A stretch of 64,000 nt of DNA, from the sequence record OL960580. One strand, given 5' to 3'. This DNA comes from Escherichia phage vB_EcoM_SA21RB. The notes under the pieces are model-generated. The model was not told the DNA's origin. It saw only the letters and a list, made by a program, of their open reading frames with translations, and did not search any database. Below, piece by piece: positions 18,630 to 25,952 of this stretch (position 1 is its first letter; each line of letters starts with the position of its first letter). Both the position numbers and the translations under genes were made by a program.

Positions 18630-19262
18630 TTAACCTTTATTCATAAAAGCATTAAAAATTTGATCGTCAATAGAAACTTTTACTTTAGGCTGTTCTTCAA
18701 ACGGTAATTCATATCCACATATTACAATTTTGTGATCGATACCAAAATACACAGAAGCAATATGATTAATGTTGTTTTCAGTAAAGTCTAAATCAACATC
18801 AATATCTTTTTGACCACAGCCCAAAGGATAAATAATGCGAGTAATTCGATTATCTTTAACAAATATTCCACCGACATACTCTGTGCTGCGTTTAAAGTCT
18901 ACACGCCGACGAAATGAAAAATATTCAGGCTCTCTATGAGCTCGGCTCATAGGACACAACGAGTAACTAGAATAAGAGATGTCAAATCCTACGCCTTCAA
19001 TATGAGCCAACGTGTCATGATTAAACCAATTATAATCATACGCCAAGTCCATTAGATTATAATATGTAAAAGGCACCGGATTAACATCATATATTGTACC
19101 TTTAAAATCTGCCCAGGCAACGATTTCATTATCTTTAACAATTACAAAAATTGTGCCAATAAGATATCCACGGTTATTTTCATCAGGCGTTATATTATAA
19201 CATTGTGCATCAGGAAATTTACCATATTTAAACGGTGGATTTTTGTGCATATAATAAATCAT
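18630..19262 (-). CDS. hypothetical protein (paralogue of 18272..18628)
   Basis: ORF track start is GTG 19271; ATG 19262 with AGGTGA SD gives 210 aa; C-terminus SIDDQIFNAFMNKG. Confidence 0.5.
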   Translation of the reverse strand: MIYYMHKNPPFKYGKFPDAQCYNITPDENNRGYLIGTIFVIVKDNEIVAWADFKGTIYDVNPVPFTYYNLMDLAYDYNWFNHDTLAHIEGVGFDISYSSYSLCPMSRAHREPEYFSFRRRVDFKRSTEYVGGIFVKDNRITRIIYPLGCGQKDIDVDLDFTENNINHIASVYFGIDHKIVICGYELPFEEQPKVKVSIDDQIFNAFMNKG

Positions 19263-19263
19263 A

Positions 19264-19557
19264 TTATTCACCTGTGATTTCGGTTACGATATTTTTGTTA
19301 TTAAAGTTTTTATCGCAATACAGAACATAATTATACTGCATTACACCACCAGACTTAAGTTGTTTTTGTACTTCAGCTTTCATTTCAGGACGATCACGCT
19401 CAACGATATTCATAATATCCGCTTCAATTTGAGTTTCAACTTCAGTCTGATCCGCAGTCATAGACCATTCGCACAAATCTTTATCATATCCTGCCATAGC
19501 AGGCTGAGCAGCACAAGAAGCCAAAGTAAAAATTGTAGCAAAGATAAATTTTTTCAT
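19264..19557 (-). CDS. sp: Spackle periplasmic protein (superinfection exclusion)
   Basis: 97 aa with signal peptide; GAGGAG SD; length and position (between 61 and 41) as in T4. Confidence 0.75.
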   Translation of the reverse strand: MKKFIFATIFTLASCAAQPAMAGYDKDLCEWSMTADQTEVETQIEADIMNIVERDRPEMKAEVQKQLKSGGVMQYNYVLYCDKNFNNKNIVTEITGE

Positions 19558-19617
19558 GATAATCTCCTCAGTAGTTTATGTTTATATAGTATCTCAATTT
19601 CCAATAAAAGTAAACAG

Positions 19618-19875
19618 TTATTTTAAAATTTCTGCGTAATCACATGTTACAAACTGTTTCTCTAACTTGACGATTTTACGAAAATACCTTTTACACTGAC
19701 GAATCTGCCTCTTCGTAGGACGTACAGCAAACTTAATAAATTCCACTCGACCAAATGGAGGACTTTCTTCTGCTGGAATATCTAACACCAATTCCCACGT
19801 ATCTGCAATAAGTGCTTTGAATTGCGTATTTTTCCTGACGTTATACGGAGTAGGTTTAAATAAAACAATATGCAT
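19618..19875 (-). CDS. hypothetical protein
   Basis: ORF track start is TTG 19929; ATG 19875 with strong GAGGA SD sits right after the dmd stop, giving 85 aa. Confidence 0.5.
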   Translation of the reverse strand: MHIVLFKPTPYNVRKNTQFKALIADTWELVLDIPAEESPPFGRVEFIKFAVRPTKRQIRQCKRYFRKIVKLEKQFVTCDYAEILK

Positions 19876-19876
19876 A

Positions 19877-20059
19877 TTATCCTCGGCAATCCACTTCATA
19901 CACTTTCTTGTCATCAATGAAAGCTTCAACTAATGCTTTATTAACTTCAGCATATTGAGTAGTAGCCCATTGAACGTCATCTTTCATCATTGTGATTTCT
20001 TTAGTAAACATGCTTTCATTCTTAAACCACCCCATAAAAACTACCTTTACCAATTCCAT
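19877..20059 (-). CDS. dmd: Dmd, antitoxin against RnlA/LsoA
   Basis: 60 aa MELVKVVFMGWFKNESMFTKEI... matches my memory of T4 Dmd; directly downstream of gene 41. Confidence 0.85.
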   Translation of the reverse strand: MELVKVVFMGWFKNESMFTKEITMMKDDVQWATTQYAEVNKALVEAFIDDKKVYEVDCRG

Positions 20060-20088
20060 AACAATCTCCTCATTTAACCAACAAGACT

Positions 20089-20118
20089 ACTATACCACAG
20101 TCTTGTAAGCTTGTAAAC
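20089..20118 (-). promoter_or_regulatory. T4-type early promoter for dmd
   Basis: minus strand GTTTAC, 18 nt, TATAGT overlapping the 3' end of gene 41. Confidence 0.5.
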
Positions 20119-21545
20119 TAAAATTTTAATTCATTTGCCAAAGCATCTAACTGAGCTCGAGCGGATTCGTTTCTTTGATAGCGATTCTGTTCAGCCTGAA
20201 TCTGCTGTGAACCTGCTACTTCGTTCACTTCAGTTGGAGTAGAATCTTGTTCAATTTCTACCCATTTCTGATTTCCTTTTTGAACACCCATCAAAAACTT
20301 ATTCCATTTATTCTTATCACCGTATCGTGATTTGATTTGCTTAATGAGTTGTTGTTCAGCAGCTGCTAACTCCTCAGTTTCAATGACCGCAAGCATAAAA
20401 TCGGCTGTTGCTGGAAGACCGGCAGATTCTGCAATATCGCTCATGTTAACATCAGAAGAATCCCAAGCTTGCTTACCAACCTGTGCTGCAGTCCAAAGAA
20501 CAGTTTCGGTTTCAACAGCCAGAGCACGCAATTCTTCTGCGATGGCTTTAACAGTTGTGTAACTATTTTCTGAGTAAACTCTGATGCGGCAAGATTTACA
20601 AATACCTAGATAGTCGACAATAATGATTGTTGGAACAAAATTCTTCTTGAGCTTTAATTCATTCAAGAGAGACCTGAATGTGTTAGCGTCTGCTCCACCA
20701 GTAGGATACTGTTTAACGATTAAACGACCGAGAGTAGATTTCTCACGCCATTTTTCCATTTTTCCTTTATACTCAGCGTAAGAAATATGTCCATCATCAA
20801 TGTCATCAAGAGAAACATCAAGCATATTAGCGTCAATACGTTTAGCACAGACTTCTTCTGCCATTTCCATTGAAATGTAAAGAACATTATGACCGAGCTG
20901 TAAATAATCTGCTGCCAATGAACATAGACCTAATGACTTACCAACGTTAACACCAGCCATTAAAACGTTCAGTGTTCCAGTCTCAGCTCCGCCTTTAGTA
21001 ATTTTATTTAGAATTTTGAGTTTAAATGGAACCTTACGAGCTTTATTCATATAAGATAGCCAACGTGCTTCATAGTCATCCATCCAATCATGACCAACGT
21101 AACTATCAAATGAAATTGATAATGCTTGGCGCATGATGTCAGGAATAGCACCTACATCTGGCATTTTCTTATTTCGTTTTTCTGGAGGAAGCTCAGCATT
21201 AGTTTGAATTTCAATTATTTTAGACGTAGCATTAAACATCGCCCTTTGCTGAACATATTTTTCTGTTTCTTTTACTAACCAGCTGTGGTCTTCCGGAGAA
21301 TCGGCTAGTTTTGAAATAAGTGTTTTTACACCAGAATATTCTGTTTCAGTAAATGAACTATTTTCTAATGCAACATTTAACGCATTAATGGATGGAACGC
21401 TATGGTACTCATTAACATGAGATTTAATTAATTTGAACGTATTTTTAGCTGGACCACTTTCAAAATATTCTGAATCCATATATGGCCAAACTTTTGAAAA
21501 ATAAGCTTGATCAAATATGAGATGAGAAAGAATAATTTCTACCAC
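20118..21545 (-). CDS. 41: replicative DNA helicase (DnaB-like)
   Basis: 475 aa; MVEIILSHLIFDQAYFSKVWPY...; Walker A GVNVGKS; first codon reads GTG. Confidence 0.95.
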   Translation of the reverse strand: MVEIILSHLIFDQAYFSKVWPYMDSEYFESGPAKNTFKLIKSHVNEYHSVPSINALNVALENSSFTETEYSGVKTLISKLADSPEDHSWLVKETEKYVQQRAMFNATSKIIEIQTNAELPPEKRNKKMPDVGAIPDIMRQALSISFDSYVGHDWMDDYEARWLSYMNKARKVPFKLKILNKITKGGAETGTLNVLMAGVNVGKSLGLCSLAADYLQLGHNVLYISMEMAEEVCAKRIDANMLDVSLDDIDDGHISYAEYKGKMEKWREKSTLGRLIVKQYPTGGADANTFRSLLNELKLKKNFVPTIIIVDYLGICKSCRIRVYSENSYTTVKAIAEELRALAVETETVLWTAAQVGKQAWDSSDVNMSDIAESAGLPATADFMLAVIETEELAAAEQQLIKQIKSRYGDKNKWNKFLMGVQKGNQKWVEIEQDSTPTEVNEVAGSQQIQAEQNRYQRNESARAQLDALANELKF

Positions 21546-21554
21546 ACTTACTCC

Positions 21555-21917
21555 TTAAAAGAATTTAAATTTTTTCTTTGACCTTTTATTAAATGCATCT
21601 TGTAGTTGCATTGTAATACATTTTTCTACATGAGGAGCTAACTCAGCTTTTCTTTCTTGGTCAAGAACAGCAAAGTCCATTACGACTTTTCCATCAACCC
21701 AATCTAATTTTGTCACATACACAATGTGTGTAGAACCATCTTCTAGTTTAATGACAATCTCCTGGATAACATTTTCCATGGCAGATTTAATTATCTTAAG
21801 AGATTCATTAAAAAGACGTTCTTTTCTTTCTTCTTCCCCCTCCGAAGAGGGGGACTCGTCGATAATTTCTAGATCTAAATCTAAATCATCTTTATTCATT
21901 AAATTCTTCCATATCAC
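21555..21917 (-). CDS. 40: gp40-like protein (head assembly factor), start uncertain
   Basis: ORF track start is GTG 21917 (120 aa); alternative ATG 21899 lies 2 nt after the uvsX stop; identity by position between 41 and uvsX. Confidence 0.6.
   Translation of the reverse strand: MIWKNLMNKDDLDLDLEIIDESPSSEGEEERKERLFNESLKIIKSAMENVIQEIVIKLEDGSTHIVYVTKLDWVDGKVVMDFAVLDQERKAELAPHVEKCITMQLQDAFNKRSKKKFKFF
21836..21853 (-). other. C(UUCG)G-type hairpin inside the gene 40 coding sequence
   Basis: minus RNA CCCCCUC-UUCG-GAGGGGG, 7-bp GC stem, encodes ...PSSEGEE... Confidence 0.4.
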
Positions 21918-23073
21918 TTAACTGATCTAGGTCAGTTTCTAAATCAGCTGCTGATTTACTTTTACTTTCTGGAGATTTAAATTTTTCAACCTTTGAGTTA
22001 ATTAATTCGTCAACTTCAGCTTCAACAATTTCATTACTATCAATAGCACCTAACTGATAAGCACGTTTAATAGCATCTCGGAATGGCTGATGTTTAAATA
22101 AAGGACCCCAGAATGTAGTGCAATTGGTATCTTTTGCGCGCCAAGATTTTTCTTCGCGAATCATCTCACCGGTTTCTTCATCAAGAAATTCACGAGCATA
22201 CCAGCCATTTTTAGGTTTTACCACAAATCCTAATTCAAGAGCCATATCTAACAATCCAGAATAAGGATCGATACCACCGTCAAATTTAACATCAATAAAG
22301 AATTTACTTTTTTCTTTGACGGTACGAGATTTTTCTACATTTAGAACAAATTGATACCCCTGAAGATCAGAACCATCTTTAATCTGGCGCTTACCGATAA
22401 TGAATACAGTATCAGCCGAATACATTACGCCTGTACCACCTGTCATCACGGTTTTACTAAACATTTCAATTGTTTCAATTGTATGGTTAACCGCAACGCA
22501 CGGAATGTTTTTAATACTAAAATAAGGAGTAACAATACGGAATAATGACTTCAGTGATTTAGCACGAGTCATATCTGCCACGGATTTTTCATTCAAGGCA
22601 TCTTCCGTTTCTTTCTTAGAAGCCATATTACCGATTGAGTCGATGAATACAATAACTTTTTCACCACGCTCAATAGCTTCAAGCTGATTCACCATATCAA
22701 TTTTCAGCTGTTCAACTGACTGAATTGGCGTATGAATTACTCGTTCCGGGTCAACTCCCATGGATCGCAAATAAGCTGGAGTAATACCAAATTCGCTATC
22801 ATAGAATAAACAAACCGCATCAGGATATTTGTTCAAATACGCCGCAACCATAGTCAAAGACATATTTGATTTAAAGTGTTTAGAAGGACCTGCAAAAATA
22901 GTTAAACCAGACTGCATACCACCATCAATCGCGCCGGAAATAGCGATATTGAGCATTGGAATTTTTGTACGGATTACATCCTTTTCATTAAAGAATTTAG
23001 ATGTAGTCAGTTCAGCAGTCATTTTAGAAGTGGAAGCTTTAATCAAACGGGATTTTAAATCTGCAATAGACAT
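21892..23073 (-). CDS. uvsX: UvsX recombinase (RecA-like)
   Basis: 393 aa MSIADLKSRLIKASTSK...; RecA-fold Walker A GPSKHFKS; matches my memory of T4 UvsX. Confidence 0.95.
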   Translation of the reverse strand: MSIADLKSRLIKASTSKMTAELTTSKFFNEKDVIRTKIPMLNIAISGAIDGGMQSGLTIFAGPSKHFKSNMSLTMVAAYLNKYPDAVCLFYDSEFGITPAYLRSMGVDPERVIHTPIQSVEQLKIDMVNQLEAIERGEKVIVFIDSIGNMASKKETEDALNEKSVADMTRAKSLKSLFRIVTPYFSIKNIPCVAVNHTIETIEMFSKTVMTGGTGVMYSADTVFIIGKRQIKDGSDLQGYQFVLNVEKSRTVKEKSKFFIDVKFDGGIDPYSGLLDMALELGFVVKPKNGWYAREFLDEETGEMIREEKSWRAKDTNCTTFWGPLFKHQPFRDAIKRAYQLGAIDSNEIVEAEVDELINSKVEKFKSPESKSKSAADLETDLDQLSDMEEFNE

Positions 23074-23126
23074 TCATTTTTTCCATAGGCATCATTATAT
23101 TTTCCTCACTGGTTAAAGATAGAGTA

Positions 23127-23151
23127 ATTATAACACAATAAATTTAGGCAT
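23127..23151 (-). promoter_or_regulatory. middle-type (MotA-box) promoter for uvsX
   Basis: minus strand AATGCCTAA (MotA-box-like), 11 nt, TATAAT. Confidence 0.4.
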
Positions 23152-23993
23152 TAATCAACTGCTATTGGATGAATAGCATTAAACTTATGAAACGCTTCTG
23201 ATTTTTCTTTGCGCGAAACACACATGCGAAGAACCTTTAATGGCTCGTCTTCTTCACCCAACGATTTTCGTTTTTCAATATTAGAAGTTTTCCAACGAGC
23301 TTGCTCTGGAAACTCTTTATTGATTTGCTCAAGAGCTCTATTATGTTTTGAATTACTACGAATTGAACTACATCCGCCTGGAGCTTGTGCTTTTCCAGAC
23401 ACAACCAGATATTTGAACAAAGCCAAATGCGGATAACCTTGGTTAATTAAATTGAGAAATGCATACATATCTTCGCATAAATCAATTTTTCCATACCCAA
23501 TTTGTTCTGTAGTAAGTTTCCCGAGGTCATACCAAGTATTCGTGAATCCATATGAATTTTCACGATAATTACCCCAAGATGAAGTAATTTTAAAAATAGG
23601 TAGACGAGCATGACCATGATAATACCCGCAATCCATGGCATCTTCAACGTATTGAATCAATTCATAGAACTGTTCACGAGTTAATTGATTAATTTTATCT
23701 ACGCAGCGACGATCATCTCTCTTTCGCATTGAACTCATACGAATAGTAGTATCATCATCAATCATCCAAATTCGTTGACCTGCATACATATCAGTAATTG
23801 CTTTACGAGTTCCAGCAATTCCATTAACATCATCAGGAATAGTTATAATTTTAGCCCTAGACCCGTAAGCGTCATAATAAGCTTTTTCTTCATGTTCACG
23901 TACTACAATATGAGGTTCATAATCAGTCGGAAACATATCAAGGGCAGAAACTGCCCCTACGCGTTGATAGCTTGGAATTACGAATTGAATCAT
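23151..23993 (-). CDS. DXD-motif glycosyltransferase at the T4 beta-gt locus (not T4 beta-gt)
   Basis: ORF track start is GTG 23999; ATG 23993 overlaps the gene 42 stop (ATGA), giving 280 aa; WMIDDDTT DXD motif; no resemblance to the T4 Bgt sequence I recall. Confidence 0.7.
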   Translation of the reverse strand: MIQFVIPSYQRVGAVSALDMFPTDYEPHIVVREHEEKAYYDAYGSRAKIITIPDDVNGIAGTRKAITDMYAGQRIWMIDDDTTIRMSSMRKRDDRRCVDKINQLTREQFYELIQYVEDAMDCGYYHGHARLPIFKITSSWGNYRENSYGFTNTWYDLGKLTTEQIGYGKIDLCEDMYAFLNLINQGYPHLALFKYLVVSGKAQAPGGCSSIRSNSKHNRALEQINKEFPEQARWKTSNIEKRKSLGEEDEPLKVLRMCVSRKEKSEAFHKFNAIHPIAVD

Positions 23994-24730
23994 TTCCACT
24001 CACCGTTATAATCTTTTTTCGCAATATGAGTTTCGCCAGTTTTCCACCAATGGTCAACCAAATAAAAATGACGGGAATACACATGAAGGCTTCCGACATT
24101 CCATATAATGGAACCTGCTTTATACTGACGAGTTGAATCACCTGCATTCAAATCAGATACTAATTTATCTAGTACATATTTTTGCCATGCATAATCATTA
24201 CGGAATCCGAAGACCACGTCATTTGAACGCATGTTAACCACTGCATTAATTTTCTTATCACGAATCAGGTATTGTACTGTATTAGTACACATGAAATCTG
24301 ACATACCATCTTTATTGTAGTCAAACTGCATGGATGGACGAGTATAAATCATGATACCACGTCGAGAATCAGGATTTTGACCAAGTTCAGCTAAACACAT
24401 GTCATACTGGGCATAGTTATCTTCTGACCAGATGGCCCAACCATAATTCGAGTTAATTTCGCCTTTAGAAGATGCTACCTGCTGCCAAATCTTTGGTGTT
24501 TCACCTGGAATATCTTTAACAAACAGACTTTGAGACTTATACCATTCAAGTTCACGCTGAATGTATTCATCATTAAGAGCGCCAAAAATAAAAGGTTCAT
24601 CTGCTACAAATGATGCACCAATAATTTCAATAGTTTTAACCCCGGTTTTATCAATTACGAAATCTTTTTCCTTTAATGCAAGACCCAAATCAAGACGGAT
24701 TTCTTCAACTGTCATATAATCGTTAATCAT
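23990..24730 (-). CDS. 42: dCMP hydroxymethylase
   Basis: 246 aa; thymidylate-synthase-like fold; length and position as in T4. Confidence 0.93.
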   Translation of the reverse strand: MINDYMTVEEIRLDLGLALKEKDFVIDKTGVKTIEIIGASFVADEPFIFGALNDEYIQRELEWYKSQSLFVKDIPGETPKIWQQVASSKGEINSNYGWAIWSEDNYAQYDMCLAELGQNPDSRRGIMIYTRPSMQFDYNKDGMSDFMCTNTVQYLIRDKKINAVVNMRSNDVVFGFRNDYAWQKYVLDKLVSDLNAGDSTRQYKAGSIIWNVGSLHVYSRHFYLVDHWWKTGETHIAKKDYNGEWK

Positions 24731-24837
24731 TTAAACCTCAATTGATGCATTCATATTTAATTTGTAACAGTAATAAACTCCAACCTATAATAAGTGGCGG
24801 AATCATAAGAGGAACTGTTACGCTATAGTATATACTT

Positions 24838-24866
24838 ATTATAATCATCAAGATTAAAAGCAATAC
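24838..24866 (-). promoter_or_regulatory. middle-type promoter for gene 42
   Basis: minus strand TTGCTTTTA (MotA box), 11 nt, TATAAT in the imm-42 gap. Confidence 0.45.
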
Positions 24867-24883
24867 TGCTAAAATTTTGCTTT

Positions 24884-25135
24884 TCATTCCTTCTCTCTGA
24901 TGATAATTACTCGATTTTGCTGTACAGATTTTTTAGTTTCACCCGCAATTGACCAAATAAATGTAATAAACCAACCAATGATTGACCAGTTAAACAGTAA
25001 AGATGTGAAAAAGATTCCTACTGTCGATTTTGACCCACGCATCAAGGCGATGAACCATGGAAGCATGTATATAATAATAGCCAACACGCCTGAAACTAAA
25101 ACCATAAAAATTGAACCTGCTACTAAAGTTTCCAT
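24884..25135 (-). CDS. imm: Imm superinfection immunity protein
   Basis: 83 aa with two TM segments; length and position as in T4. Confidence 0.85.
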   Translation of the reverse strand: METLVAGSIFMVLVSGVLAIIIYMLPWFIALMRGSKSTVGIFFTSLLFNWSIIGWFITFIWSIAGETKKSVQQNRVIIIREKE

Positions 25136-25142
25136 GTTTTCC

Positions 25143-25523
25143 TCACTTAGTCAAATTTTTTACACATGAATTATAAGAATTTACTACATACTCCATCGGA
25201 GCATTTTTACCGGTACGCCATTGGTAATTATTAGCCCAATTTGCCCAAAGTTCAGCACAGTAGTTTTCAATTTTTTCTTCACGCGTAATCACATCTGAAT
25301 TACGATATGCTTGTGCAGATTCATCTGGACGAATAGCTTCGTCAAAATTCGCCTGCATTTGTTCTACTGTCTGTTTTGGAGCCTCTTTATAACACTTGAC
25401 GTTAGGATTATAAAATTTGCTTGAACAGTTTACAATTTTTCCTACATCAGACTGATTTACTACTGGTCCTTGAGCTACACATCCAGTAAGACCCAATGCA
25501 ATAACCAAAATAGCGATTTTCAT
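25143..25523 (-). CDS. lipoprotein
   Basis: 126 aa; MKIAILVIALGLTGC lipobox. Confidence 0.55.
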   Translation of the reverse strand: MKIAILVIALGLTGCVAQGPVVNQSDVGKIVNCSSKFYNPNVKCYKEAPKQTVEQMQANFDEAIRPDESAQAYRNSDVITREEKIENYCAELWANWANNYQWRTGKNAPMEYVVNSYNSCVKNLTK

Positions 25524-25533
25524 AATAATTTCC

Positions 25534-25770
25534 TCAAATACAAGTAGTAATTACTCCAGTAGTGCTTACACAGGTATTACCTAATTGAACACCCAGCGTT
25601 CCATTAGTATTCATATGAAGATTATCATCAATTTTTGTTGATACTTTACCATTCATGTGAATAATAGTATTAGATTCAATCACATTCTGAGTGTCATTTT
25701 CAATATCAATAAATGGAACAGTTGCTAATGCAACTAAACACACTGCTAAACAACCATAAACAATTTTCAT
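25534..25770 (-). CDS. small secreted protein
   Basis: ORF track extends to 25881 through the promoter; ATG 25770 with GGAG SD gives 78 aa MKIVYGCLAVCLVALATVPF... Confidence 0.5.
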   Translation of the reverse strand: MKIVYGCLAVCLVALATVPFIDIENDTQNVIESNTIIHMNGKVSTKIDDNLHMNTNGTLGVQLGNTCVSTTGVITTCI

Positions 25771-25804
25771 TTTATTCTCCAAATCCGTATCAGTTGATAG
25801 TTGT

Positions 25805-25834
25805 ATAGTACCATGGAAGAACGGGAATGTAAAC
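25805..25834 (-). promoter_or_regulatory. T4-type early promoter within a conserved promoter-leader cassette
   Basis: minus strand AAAATTTTTTTCACAAAACTGTTTAC...TGGTACTATACAACTATCAAC; same cassette at 50810, 52511 and 56099. Confidence 0.55.
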
Positions 25835-25913
25835 AGTTTTGTGAAAAAAATTTTTAATGAATTTACAGGACCTAGAATCATCTATTTTTCCTAAGTATAG
25901 ATTTATATTACTT

Positions 25914-25939
25914 GTATGAAAAAGGGACCCGGAGGTCCC
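25914..25939 (-). terminator. intrinsic terminator after gene 43
   Basis: minus RNA GGGACC-UCCG-GGUCCC followed by UUUUUC. Confidence 0.6.
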
Positions 25940-25952
25940 TAGATTTATTCTA

